A program made the translations under genes and the position numbers. A stretch of DNA of 63,368 nucleotides, filler included, from Octopus bimaculoides (lineage: Eukaryota), in assembly GCF_001194135.2 (NCBI RefSeq). It is 6 parts of 5 records of this genome, joined end to end, with 100 filler letters (N's around TTAATTAATTAA, not from the genome) between each part and the next. Parts side by side here need not be neighbours in the genome. Positions count along the whole stretch, not along the records: positions 1 to 21,550 come from NC_068989.1; positions 21,651 to 27,405 come from NC_068989.1; 4 more parts are not named here. One strand, 5' to 3'. The stretch's first letter is position 1; each line of letters starts with the position of its first letter. Under the pieces are notes generated by a model. The model did no database searches and was not told where the DNA came from. It saw nothing but the letters and a program-made list of their open reading frames with translations. Below, piece by piece: positions 11,057 through 22,838 of the stretch.

Positions 11057-11358
11057 GGTAAGATATATTTTCGTAAACACCCTACAGGAAAAGAATACTT
11101 TTCCAAACAGGATGTTCTAAAGTCTGGTCATTTACCAGAAAACTTCTTTCTTACGCTTTATTTATCCATGTATATGGCCATAATTAGTAAACATGTTTTA
11201 AGTTTTCTCTGACGGAATGTAAAGTAACAACGCCTGGCAGTATGTTTATTTTAATTAACTTGAAACTTTCATAAAAGTGTTTATAAAATGGTATAGTTAA
11301 CGATACATTTCCTTGAAGCTATGCTTACTATATTCTTGAGTGAATATAAATTGCTGAT
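11056..11358 (+). repeat. ~300-bp repeat, inverted partner of 9263-9565
   Basis: Aligns with the reverse complement of 9263-9565 and starts from a (GT)n run. Confidence 0.8.
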
Positions 11359-11705
11359 GAAATTCTATGAACCTAGTTATAATAAAAACTTAGTTATACC
11401 TACTGCTATTCAATTAAAAAAAAATTACATCATTCTGTCTTACGATAGCTCTACGCGAAAATTCTCGTACTTAAAGCAAGACATCTGGTGTAAAATTATT
11501 GACAACAGAGGTAGGTGTCTTTCAGGATTGTCCAAGCAAGAGATTTTAGCTCATAGTCCTGAAGATTGCCTTTGTACTGCCTGCACTTTAAGAGCCGATG
11601 ACGATGTAAATTCCGGAATATTCCAGTGACCCTCAATATTGTTGTCTTTGAAAGACCTTATGATGGCACGATGTCACCTAAAATCTATAACTAGCGAGTT
11701 TTGTC

Positions 11706-11930
11706 TTATATCTTTTACTTGTTTCAGTTATTAGATTGCGGCCATGCTGGGGCACCACCTTGAAGAATTTTTAGTTGAACGAATCGACCCCAGTATATAT
11801 TATTTTGTAAAGCCTGGTACTTTTTCTATCAATATCTTTTGCCGAACCGCTAAGTTATGAGCAGGTAAGCATACCAACACCGGTTGTCAAGTGGTGGAAG
11901 GGACGAACACATACACAAAGACACGCACAA

Positions 11931-12021
<91 letters not shown>

Positions 12022-12165
12022 ATACGACGGGCTTCTCTCAGTTTCCGTCTACCAAATCCACTCACAAGGCATTGGTCAGCTCGAGGCTATAGCAGAAGAC
12101 ATTTGCCCACTCAGTGAGACTGAACCTGGAGCCATGAAGTTGGGAAGCAAACTTCTTTACTACAA
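11706..12165 (-). mobile_element. SINE family C with internal (CA)n
   Basis: Same head and 3' half as 10551-10963, in reverse orientation. Confidence 0.85.
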
Positions 12166-12980
12166 AATGTTGTCATGATGCGGTTTCTAGTGTTGCATCT
12201 TTTCGGCTCTATTGAAAGACAGAGGAGGAAGGTTGTGAAAGTGGTGCGTGTTCCGTAAAGAAAGGATTTATGCAGTGCATCTTTGTGCTGGATGCTAGAT
12301 TACAGGGAGAAAAAATGAAGTAGTAGAAACTAGGGTTCTTGAGGCGCGAGGTCTAGTTTACTGTGTTTTGCTATATTGGCAAATATTCGTTCACCACTGA
12401 CAACGGTCGCTTCTCATCAGGGGCATACATTCCGGGTGCGCTAGGTGTACACTACACGCCCATCGAAAATGGCAAATTCATTATAAATATTAACCTTACT
12501 CATTAATTTAATCACAAATCATAATAGAAAACTTTGTTATTCTTCTGCTTGAAATTTTGCGGCGGGTGTTTTGAAATAACACTGCACACCTCACAGCGCA
12601 TTGTAGCAAAATATGGTACCAGGCGTATCGTAGGATAATAGGATAGCAAAAGATTAATGATGAGGGGTATGCGACCGCTTTGACAGTACGGTTGCATGTT
12701 CGTTTTCGTGGTGAAAAATTGTACGTTTAAATTAATTTAAAATTCTTAAACTAAAACTGATTTTTTTTTACAATATCACCATATAACTTTGATCTTAATT
12801 TGTTTTCAAAGCTAATAACAAAATGATTTATTGTACGATGAGTTTATCGAACATTTTGCGTCTCAAAGAAGAACAGAACTTACATATAAGTAATTTAAAT
12901 AAGTAAAATTATATGGTTTCTTATTTTTCAGTGTGAGCGCATAAGAAAATTATGGCTTATTTTAGAATGCTTACAGTTTA

Positions 12981-13376
12981 TTGTTGTTGGCACTCCGTCG
13001 CTTACGACGTCGAGGGTTCCAGTTGATCTTTTTTTTTTTTCGACCAACGGAACAGCCTGCTCGTGAAATTAACGTGCAAGTGGCTGAGCACTCCACAGAC
13101 ACGTGTACCCTTAACGTAGTTCTCGGAGATATTCAGCGTGACACAGTGTGACAAGGCTGACCCTTTGAATTACAGGCACAATAGAAACAGGAAGTAAGAG
13201 TGAGAGAAAGTTGTGGTGAAAGAGTACAGCAGGGTTCGCCACCATCCCCTGTCAGAGCCTCGTGGAGCTTTAGGTGTTTTCGCTCAATAAACACTCACAA
13301 CGCCCGGTCTGGGAATCGAAACCGCGATCCTATGACCACGAGTCCGCTGCCCTAACCACTGGGCCATTGCGCCTCC
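12981..13376 (-). mobile_element. Full-length tRNA-derived SINE, family B, (CAA)n tail
   Basis: Head GGAGGCGCAATGGCCCAGTGGTTAGGGCAGCGGACTCG...GTTTCGATTCCC with A- and B-box-like motifs. An 11-bp direct repeat TTACAGTTTAT at 12971-12981 and 13380-13390 is a likely TSD. Confidence 0.9.
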
Positions 13377-13639
13377 ACTTTACAGTTTATAGAGTATTAT
13401 TAATTCAGTGAAATATACCTGTGCCATGTACTTGTATCCCAATTAGTGCCATACACCTGTGTCTCAATTGAATTAAGTTTACCCTATTTACATTTTAGAT
13501 CCTGCATTTTGAATAGAAATACACAGCTTGTATGCCTAATTTGTGTAATGCTAATGTTAATCATTGTATGGTCAGTGTGGCAGCACACCCAATGACAACA
13601 ATCACCATATGCCACTACTTCTCATTATAGTTATCTAGT

Positions 13640-13860
13640 TACGTACCATCTCTACCTTAGCTTTGTACTCACAACCGTCTCTTCTCTTTTTATCATTCAA
13701 ATTGTATCTCCCTTCTAATTCCCGCACAGATCACTTTGTCCACTCCTTCCATCCTAGAACTTCAATCGCCTGGAACTGTGGTCCTACATACGTCGACTTG
13801 CAACTGTTCCCGATGAATATCAATCAACTTCATAAGTGTCACACAAATTAAATATATCTT
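13640..13860 (+). pseudogene. CR1/L2-like LINE ORF2 C-terminus remnant
   Basis: PSNSRTDHFVHSFHPRTSIAWN matches the typical C-terminal SFFPRTxxxWN motif. Confidence 0.6.
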
Positions 13861-14008
13861 GTTAGCAACCGTGCATATGATTTACGAAGATCATGTGCAC
13901 GTTTGCCTTTTCCCGACCCAGACCATAAAATGTAGAACAGGTATTTTCGCTGCAATCTTGGGTTAACATTTTAGGTGAATGTAATTAAACTCAAGTCTTT
14001 GGGAGAAC

Positions 14009-14051
14009 ATCCAGTTTCCAAATCTGTCTAAAGCAGATTTGGAAACTGGAT
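14009..14051. repeat. Perfect 18-bp inverted repeat with 7-nt loop
   Basis: ATCCAGTTTCCAAATCTG-TCTAAAG-CAGATTTGGAAACTGGAT. Confidence 0.9.
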
Positions 14052-15654
14052 TTGAAAGCAGATTTAGATACTGCACTGCGTTGAAGTGATATTTTTTCTT
14101 CCAGTTTTTCCTGTAGACACGCAGACCTTTGACCAACTGATACGTTTAGTGTAGCTTGATCAAAAAGTGCGTTTCCAAAATACTTTAAATCGTTCTTTAA
14201 TGGGTATCTTATCTGCTTCCATATCATTACCGCTTATTGTTCTATAGACGTTTTGGGGGTTTGTTTCCAATTGCATACTTTGGAGAGAGCCACTTTCCCC
14301 TAATATTATATCCCTTAAACCAATTATGTACGACAGATGTGTTTTCGTATTAAAAATAAGTGTTTGGAGTTGTGTTTGTTCAATGTTTTATATAATACTT
14401 ACTTATCAAAAATGATATACATGTTTCATATTTTTTCTAGATTTATCTACTGTCATTTTCCTTCATTGCATTGTGTCTCTATGCTGCATATTAGTTTACC
14501 TTTCCTGTCGCCTACTTTACGTCATTGGCTCTTATCTTTTGTAACCGTACATTGTTTATTTAAACCTACATTTTCTTTTATTGTGGTTATGCAAACGTAT
14601 AGAAAATCGTTTAACTCACTAAAATAACTAAATATTATTGTCATGATGTCAAATTCCTGTTTTATTTTTATTGATTATAGCTTTTCTTAATTTATGTTGA
14701 TCTTTAAGAGTAATTTTTCTTAGCTGCTGTTTATTCGTAAGAGTTATAACAGGTATTCTCAGCTGGTTTCTCTGCTTTACTGAACGTTTTGATGGGCTGC
14801 TTGGCATAGAAATCAATAAAATTAAATAAAACAAATCAAACATGAAACACACATTAAATAAAATCAAATAGTAAACTTGAAAAATTCAATTTAGCTTTTT
14901 AAAAAATGCAATCTAGCAGAAAACAAATTTTTAAAAAAACCATCCTAACAAACACTGATGTTACACTTATATTGATTTAAAATGCTTGCCAATGATCTTA
15001 AAATATATTTGGTGGCTACGATATAGTTTACTATTGGCTGCACAATATACATCATTTTCAGAAACCAAACGGTTGTTTACCTTTGATCTGACTTTGAGAA
15101 ATGAAGAAAAACTACCTTCACAAAAATACATAGATGGTAAAAAAAGCGCAGGATTTTGAGTATCTGGTCAATGACATCAGGATAACTGTTTGATGTGCAG
15201 GTTGCTTGCGAGAGATGATAAACTGTTGTGAAGAACTTATACAGTTAGGTCGTTCTTTAATTCCAATAATTTCTCTTTAATCGGTTCTAGGTTTTTTTTT
15301 TTTCAGCTTTTCTTATGAATGGGCTGATGATAATCGGGACATTTTCTTGGAAAGTTGAAGTTTTTACTTCCTTTTTTTTTTGTGGTACGATTTAATTTTT
15401 GCATTTTTTAAGATTGTTTCGTAAGGAAATTTAAATTTACAAATTAGATATTTTTAATTTCATTTCCCTTTCTTTTTCTTCAATCGATTTTATGTAAACT
15501 TAATCTCACCCACACATTGTAAATTGTCGGTGCAACCTCCCCTTTGGTCAATGCCCCCAGGCAAAAAAAAACTGTCGTCGTCATCATCATCATCATCATC
15601 ATCGTCATTGATGCCATCAGTGTCCATATCATCGTTGTTATTATTAAAAAGGGT

Positions 15655-15910
15655 AAAGACCCCTTCGGTCATGAATGACCGTGGGATTGCACCTAGAAGG
15701 TTCACCTCCGAGGCACAAGTTCGGGCAAGGTTGTTTATGGAAGACCAGCAGCTTGGCACCAGCGACATCATAACTCATTTCTACAGAACTGGAACAACGT
15801 AAAAAAAAAAATGTCTTGCTCAAGGATACAACACACAGCCGGTCAGGGAATCGAACTCATAAACTCAAAACTGTGAACTCGATGTGCTAACCACTTAGTC
15901 ATGCGCCTTC
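15655..15910 (-). mobile_element. tRNA-derived SINE with CORE-like segment and distinct tail
   Basis: Reverse complement reads AGGCGCATGACTAAGTGGTTAGC...GAGTTCGATTCCC...TCCTTGAGCAAGACA, ending GACCGAAGGGGTCTTTA. Confidence 0.55.
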
Positions 15911-15950
15911 ATTGTTATTATTATTGTTATTAATACTATTACTATTATTA

Positions 15951-16167
15951 GGGTAGCGAGCTGGAACAGTCATAAGAGCGATTGGGAGAAATCCTTTGCA
16001 GTGTTTTTTCTGGTTCATTTCGTTGAGTTTAAATTCTGCTGGCGTCAACTTTGCCTTTCATCCCTCCGAATTCGGAAAAAAAAATATCGGTCAAGTACCC
16101 AAGATGCTGTAATCGACTGTCCCCTTCTCCACCCCCAAATTTCAGTCATTGTGCTTACTGTAAAAAA

Positions 16168-16222
<55 letters not shown>

Positions 16223-16404
16223 GAAGGCGGCGATCTCGCTGAATCGTTAGCGCGCTTACGTTCTGAGTTCAAATTCCGCCGAGGTCAACTTTGCTTTTCA
16301 TCCATTCGGGGTCGATAAATTAAGTAAAAGTTGAGTACTGGGGTCGATGTGATAGACTGTCCCCCTCCCCACAAAATCCAGGCCGTGTGCCTATAGTAGA
16401 AAGG

Positions 16405-16439
<35 letters not shown>

Positions 16440-16902
16440 GGTTATTATTCGAAGGCGGCGATCTGGCAGAATCGTTAGCGCGCTGGACGAAATGCTTAGC
16501 GGTATTTCGCCTATCGCAACGTTCTGAGTTCAAATTCCGCCGAAGTCGACTTTGCCTTTTATCCTTTCGGGGTCAATAAATGAAGTATCAGTTACACACT
16601 GAGATCGATGTAATCGACGCATCCCCTCCCCCAAAATGGCTGCCCTTGTGGAAAAATTTGAAATTATCATTATTATTATTATTATTAAGGCGGCGAGCTG
16701 GCAGAAGTGTTAGCACGCTGGACGAAATGCTTAGCAGTATTTCACCCGTCGCTATGTTCTGAGTTCAGATTCTGTCGTGGTCGACTTTACTTTTCATCCT
16801 TTCGGGGTCGATGAAATAAGTACCAGTTACGCACTGAGGTCGATGTAATCGACTTAATCCTTTTCCCCAAATTTGAGGCTTTGTGCTCCCAGTAGAAAGG
16901 AT
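15951..16902 (+). mobile_element. Tandem array of four family-A SINEs separated by (ATT)n
   Basis: Copies at about 15951-16170, 16223-16406, 16453-16663 and 16688-16902, each with a different set of mutations. Confidence 0.85.
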
Positions 16903-16909
16903 TGTTGTT

Positions 16910-16959
<50 letters not shown>

Positions 16960-16960
16960 T

Positions 16961-17358
16961 TGTCTCTGCACAACTTCTAACGCTGGAGATGAACTACAGT
17001 GTCAGCTGTTCACTACCAGTGAACTAAGGTAATACCTCTTATTTTTCGAGCACCATCCGGAGTATTCGAGTGGTCCTAAGCAGTGCTGTTTTCTGCAAGT
17101 GCTCCACCATTATTGCAGCCCCTATTTGTTCCATGTACTTCTCAAGATTTTTACTCACTGTCTCCAAGGCTCCGACAATTAATGGTACTACTACCACTTT
17201 TTCATCGACCACAATTGCTTAACCTCCCAAGCTAACCTGTTATATCTATCGACTTTTCTTTCTTCTTTATCGCATACTTTGTTATCAGCTGGGCATGTTA
17301 TATCTATGACCCAGCATCGTTTGCTTTCTTTCTCAATTACCACAATGTGTAGTTTCCC

Positions 17359-17360
<2 letters not shown>
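16961..17360 (-). mobile_element. R4/Dong-like RLE retrotransposon 3' end, (AAT)n on both sides
   Basis: KLHIVVIEKESKRCWVIDITCPADNKVCDKEERKVDRYNRLAWEVKQLWSMKK / VVVVPLIVGALETV...LQKTALLRTTRILRMVLE*, then a 3' UTR and an (AAT)n tail. Confidence 0.85.
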
Positions 17361-17391
<31 letters not shown>

Positions 17392-17403
17392 GATTATTAT
17401 TAT

Positions 17404-18067
17404 TCCTTCGTAACACAGTGTAGTTAAAAATGCACCGGAGTCTTTAGTCATCTGTCAAGTCACAACAAGGACTTCAGACAGATAATACTTTCCTTAAGAT
17501 GTGCGCTGTGCCCAATAAGGCTGCTATTTGCAAGACATAAATCTTGTATGGGATTTCCAGTTGCCTTAAGAAGTCTTGATGTTTCAATGGGATTCAATCC
17601 AACGCTCCGATCACCACCGGTATCACTTTTACATTACCCTCTCGCATTCCATTCAGTCTTGCCATTTCCACTTTCAATTCGGAGTACTTGGTGATTTTGT
17701 TTCAACCTCTTTACTCACAACATTTATGCCATTTGGTATGGCTACATCAATAATCTGACACTATTTGTCTCTCTTATTCTATATGACAATATCCGGCCGA
17801 CGGTGTACGATTACACGATTCGTCTGAAAACCATAGCCCCAGAGTATCGTTACTTTTCCATCTTCCTGAATAACTTTACTTGGTACATGCTCATACCAGT
17901 TCTCTGTTACTTCATAATGGTATTTACGGCATAAGACCCAATGAAGATACACACACATTATCATGGCAGTGCTTGTATTCTTTTTGTGCAAGGCTCTCAC
18001 ATCCACTTAACAAGTGGGTCACATTTTCCACACTCTTTCTACAGAATTTGCATTTCTGGGTGTCTAT
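17404..18067 (-). mobile_element. Second, divergent R4/Dong-like RLE 3' fragment with CCHC knuckle
   Basis: CKFCRKSVENVTHLLSGC (CCHC)...HDNVCVYLHWVLC...HRRPDIVI...IIDVAIP...VIPVVIGAL...AALLGTAHILRKVL*, with (AAT)n on both flanks. Confidence 0.9.
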
Positions 18068-18108
18068 TGTTGTTGTTGTTGTTATTATTATTATTATTAT
18101 TATTGTTA

Positions 18109-18143
<35 letters not shown>

Positions 18144-18366
18144 CATTAGTCTTATTTTCATTGCCTATCCTATTCTTGAGTGGTAGACCTGATTTGTCAT
18201 CCAGTTCAAACTCCCCCTCCAACTGGTTCTTTTCTTCAGTGAATTCCACTTTGTTGCAGCCTAGTCTTCGGTCTAAGAATTAACTCGCTGCCTTACTCTC
18301 TGAAGCTTGAAAGTATCTGAAAAAAGTCAAGGGCGCTGCTCTCTTTTTCTGACTAAGCCCTTAAAA

Positions 18367-18582
18367 TTATTCTTTTCTACTCTAGGCACAAAGCCCGAAA
18401 TATTGGGGGAGGAGGCCATCGATTAGATCGGCCCCAGTACGCAACTGGTACTTAATTTATCGACTCCGAAAGGATGAAAGGCAAAGTTGACCTCGGCGGA
18501 ATTTGAACGCAGAACGTAAAGACACGAAATACCGCTAAGCATTTCGCCCGGCGTGCTAACGTTTCTGCCAGCTCACCGCCTT
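18367..18582 (-). mobile_element. SINE family A
   Basis: Full head-to-tail reverse-complement match to family A. Confidence 0.85.
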
Positions 18583-19298
18583 AGCCGTTAAAATTAATAA
18601 AATAAAACTTCTCCATTATAATTACGGTGCATAAAGCATAGTTAAAAGCTTGTCTAGTAATAAGAATTCCTACCTTCACTCGAGTAGAATCACGCCTTCT
18701 TAGATCCCTGTTCTAAATTTTAACCTATGCTAGTGTTGAGTTTACCCTTTACACTTCAGAGTTGATAAAATAAGTAACAGTAGCACACTGAGATATTTTC
18801 AATCAATTGCTGTGTTCGTTCGTCTGCGATCAATGAAGACCATTACTCTCGACTACGCGGCGATTCAACGTGGGCCGCCGCCACATGTAGACCCTGATGT
18901 GTAGCTTCAACTACTTCCGCTACGCATCTTCAGTTCAAGGAATCCGCGGAAATGGCGGTGATGATAGTGATATTTCACTGTCGTAATCATTCGTGGTACC
19001 CCAAGAACTATAACAAAAGGCCAGCCGTTTGTTAATGGCTTGAAGAAGCTCACGTCAGTTGTGCTCAAAATTATGAATTACGCATGATCTAGTTTTAAGT
19101 GAGGAGAATTTGAGCAGCATCATCCACACACTCTTGTCTCAAATTATCTAAAATCAGCTACAAAACAAGGGCAGTTGAAGATGAAAGAAGATTCAGAAGT
19201 TGCTGGAGACTTGACAGTGTTTGACACGGAATGATTTGTAGAGCTTTGTTTTGATATTTCTGTCAGGCTTATTTCTGCTACCCCTGCCTTTCACAATT

Positions 19299-19686
19299 GG
19301 AGGCGCAATGGCCCAGTGGTTAGGGCAGCGGACTCGCGGTCATAGGATCGCAGTTTCGATTCCCAAACCGGGCATTCTGAGTGTTTATTGAGCGAAAACA
19401 CCTAAAGCTCCACGAGGCGCCGGCAGGGGATGGTGGCGAACCCTGTTGTACTCTTCCACCACAACTTTCTCTCACTCTTACTTCCTGTTTCTGTTGTGCC
19501 TGTAATTCAAAGGGCCAGCCTTGTCACACTGTGTCACGCTCAATATCCCCGAGAACTATGTTAAGGGTACACGTGTCGGTGGAGTGCTCAGCCACTTGCA
19601 CGTTAATTTCACGAGCAGACTGTTCCGTTGATCGGATCAACTGGAACACTCGACGTCGTAAGCGACGGAGTGCCAACAACAACAAC
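19299..19686 (+). mobile_element. Full-length SINE family B
   Basis: Collinear with the reverse complement of 12981-13376. The flanks CCTTTCACAA / CCTTTTACAA are a likely TSD. Confidence 0.9.
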
Positions 19687-19772
19687 CTTTTACAAAACTT
19701 TCCGGTCGTTCAATGACAGTCTTACCCGCAAAGCAATGGGGGTTCGAAATCTAAATTTTTAATATCCTAGAC

Positions 19773-19884
19773 CAGTCGTGAGCAAACTGCGACCTTGATT
19801 TTTTTCTTTTTTAGTAGTGCAGCCCACTTGAAGATGAACCGTGTCTCATGCAGCCCGCTTCTCGAAAAAGGTTGCCCATGCTTG
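19773..19884. mobile_element. Possible hAT/Charlie-type MITE remnant
   Basis: Ends CAGTCGTGAGCAAAC and GTTGCCCATGCTTG are imperfect TIRs, with an internal GCAGCCC repeat. The TSD is poorly preserved. Confidence 0.35.
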
Positions 19885-20229
19885 TTCTCGGTGGATGTTC
19901 TGATTACAAGCAGAGAGAGGGCATCACACTCAGTGGTTTTATTGTGAAGTGGTCCCCAACTCGTATATTTTTATATTCGTGCACAGAAATGCTAGATAGC
20001 CGTTGACCTTGTGCTGGATTTACCCAACCCTTTAGCAAATTTGGCTTTTATCTTTCCTGGGTCACCAAGTTAGTCTGATAGGAGTGTCGCATTAGTCGCT
20101 GACGAGCCAACCATGAAACAGGTTCTACTGGATTACGCGTTACCAGCAGCAATGACAATTGACCTGACACACAACCAGTAGATTATAACCCACCCACTGG
20201 GTATGTATGTATGTATGTATGTATATATA

Positions 20230-20336
20230 GATGTCATTGTTCAGTTTATTTCAAGATTTCTTGCCAATAGAGAAAGAACCGGTTTCTAACCTAAATCCAA
20301 GGCTCCTTCATTGGAATTTCAACATCAACAACAGGT
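20230..20336 (-). repeat. ~100-bp repeat in (TATG)n; homolog of 8543-8645
   Basis: Direct sequence match to 8543-8645. Confidence 0.75.
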
Positions 20337-20409
20337 TTTTTTTGTATGAATGTATGTATGTGTGTATGTATGTATGTATGTATGTATGTATGTATGTATG
20401 TATGTATGC

Positions 20410-20788
20410 ATGTATGTGCAGATTTGTATGTTTTATGTATGTATTCTCATGCATATAGTTACATATCTAGACATGCTCATATATATTAAAATGATAAATT
20501 TTTGGAAAGTTTTACAAATTTTAACAGTTCCAGTGATGGATTGGATCTGTAGTCTTCGAATTAGCTTTCTCCTTTCTGGTTTTGAGAAACTTAATTTCTC
20601 AAGATTGGTATTTAGGCAGTGTGTTACATATCCCAGTGACCCAATAATTACAGGGATAGAGTAACTGCAGATTTCTCAGTAGTTCAACATAGGTGTTCTC
20701 TTTTTCACTGGTCTTCAGCTTTACATTAACATCCGCTGAGCAACTAATTTCCACAACCGTGCACAGTTCCTCTTCTCTATCCCAAATC

Positions 20789-20790
<2 letters not shown>
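20410..20790 (-). mobile_element. RLE-type non-LTR 3' fragment flanked by (CATA)n
   Basis: IWDREEELCTVVEISCSADVNVKLKTSEKENTYVELLRNLQLLYP / PVIIGSLGYV...ERRKLIRRLQIQSITGTVKICKTF, the same family type as 7338-7875. Confidence 0.8.
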
Positions 20791-20819
<29 letters not shown>

Positions 20820-20886
20820 TGTATGAAAAAATTTATATAGTCCTTCCTATAAAGAATCTTGCAAACCAAATACAGAAACGAAGTAT

Positions 20887-20928
<42 letters not shown>

Positions 20929-21264
20929 CTTTGTCTAGTTAAATATAGCACTCTCTCAGGTTTTAGAGAAATAAACACTACATAACAGGGAATATTGCGT
21001 TATGTATAAATAGTTGTTATTTATAAACTAGTTTACGTGGTTTATAAAATAGCAGTCAAGTCTGTCTCAAATCACATCCCACAGTTTTAAATAATGAAGG
21101 ACACATTGGACAATAAAGTTTTTGATATGTATGTATATAGAAAGACGAGATGGTCACGACTGGAACAACAGCAGCAACAACAAGCTCCACCGACTTGTCA
21201 AATGAATCATTATTTAAAGTAGTAAACCTGTGAAGGCCTTCCCATTGTGGCCATCACATCTCTT

Positions 21265-21496
21265 AGACGGCGAGCTGACAGAATCGTAGCACACCAAGCA
21301 AAATGCTCAGCGGTATTTCGTCCGTCTTTACGATCTGAGTTCAAATTCCGCCGAGGTTTAGTTTGCCTTTCATCCTTTCGGGGTCGATAAATTAAGTACC
21401 AGTGGAGTACTGAGGTCGATGTAATCGACTTAACCTCTCATCCAAATTTTCAGGCCCTGCGCCTATAGTAGAAAGAATTATTATTATTATTATTAC

Positions 21497-21550
<54 letters not shown>
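21265..21550 (+). mobile_element. SINE family A with long (ATT)n tail
   Basis: Matches the family A consensus seen in the other copies. Confidence 0.85.
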
Positions 21551-22093
21551 NNNNNNNNNNNNNNNNNNNNNNNNNNNNNNNNNNNNNNNNNNNNTTAATT
21601 AATTAANNNNNNNNNNNNNNNNNNNNNNNNNNNNNNNNNNNNNNNNNNNNCATTAAGTGTTTTCGCCTCTGGCATTAGGAGCGGGAAGTCGGCCTCGTTG
21701 AAAACCTTAGCCATATTCGTTTTAAAGAATATGGCTAGGAACGAGGAAGATATGTTTGTATTTTTGGAAATAAGGCTCTAAATAGAGCTATTTCCGATTT
21801 GAAAAATATATGTTCACGAAGTATTTTGTGTTATACACAACTTATACAAAATTTTAAAACAAAATAGGTCTTTTAAGAGGTGAAAAATGCAACTTACATG
21901 GGAGCCGATGTGTCTACCGTCCGTCCATGATGATAGATAGATAGATAGATAGATAGATAGACAGATAGATAGATAGAGACATAGACAGACAGACAGACAT
22001 ACGCGGTATATGCGATCGTGAGCATACATATATGTGTGTATGTATGTATATGTGTATATGTGTGTATGTCTGTGTGCGCTTATGTGTGCGGGT

Positions 22094-22135
<42 letters not shown>

Positions 22136-22401
22136 CTTGAATATTCTATCAATACATAGATGGTTTTAATACCATTGTGAGGTGAATAAGAGAACTGCTT
22201 AATCAAAGAAGACTACCAGCGACTACATAACAAAGTCCTTACTGTTGTATAGTGTCTGTCTAGCAACCTGATTTGAAGAAATCGATCACTGCACAAAACA
22301 AGGTTATAGCGAAACTTATTTATGGCGTTTGATTTAGGAGACTGACTTTCATACTGTTTAGGATACCGAACTACTACGACTGGTGTTAATACTGCTGCTG
22401 C

Positions 22402-22483
<82 letters not shown>

Positions 22484-22760
22484 ATTCCCTCCATGTCTAT
22501 TAACGTAAAATATGTATTTTGGAAAGATATCTTGAAAGGTAGGCATGTAGGTAAGTGGTTTGGGGATTGATATAGACGTATATATATTATACGTGTGTGT
22601 GTGTGTGTGAGTGTGTGTGTGTGTGTGAGTATGTGTGTGTGTGTGTGTGAGTGTGTGTGAGTTTGCGTGTGTGTGTGTATGTAAGTGTGCATGCGCGCAA
22701 TGTGCGTGTGGGTACACACACATACACACACCCTCACATATATCTATCTATCTATCTCTC

Positions 22761-22838
<78 letters not shown>

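Noticed and set aside
11321-11629. 102-aa ORF in partly unique sequence
   Set aside because: It starts inside the 300-bp repeat, has no recognisable domain, and its splice signals conflict.
12760-12890. FSKL / YDEFIEHFASQRR peptides reminiscent of a hAT transposase C-terminus
   Set aside because: They are two short pieces in different frames, without TIR or TSD support.
15951-16902. Repeat-spacer-like periodic array (CRISPR-like)
   Set aside because: The units are ~210-bp diverged SINEs separated by (ATT)n. There are no short identical repeats with unique spacers and no cas genes, and the DNA is eukaryotic.
19299-19375. tRNA-like sequences (also 13300-13376, 27280-27348, 56169-56240)
   Set aside because: They have A/B boxes but no complete cloverleaf or acceptor stem, and they continue into SINE bodies.
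21595-21606. TTAATTAATTAA centred in N-runs, also at 27450, 49033, 59020 and 61706
   Set aside because: An identical 12-mer in the middle of 100-bp gaps, with stops in all six frames, is an artificial scaffolding linker, not biology.
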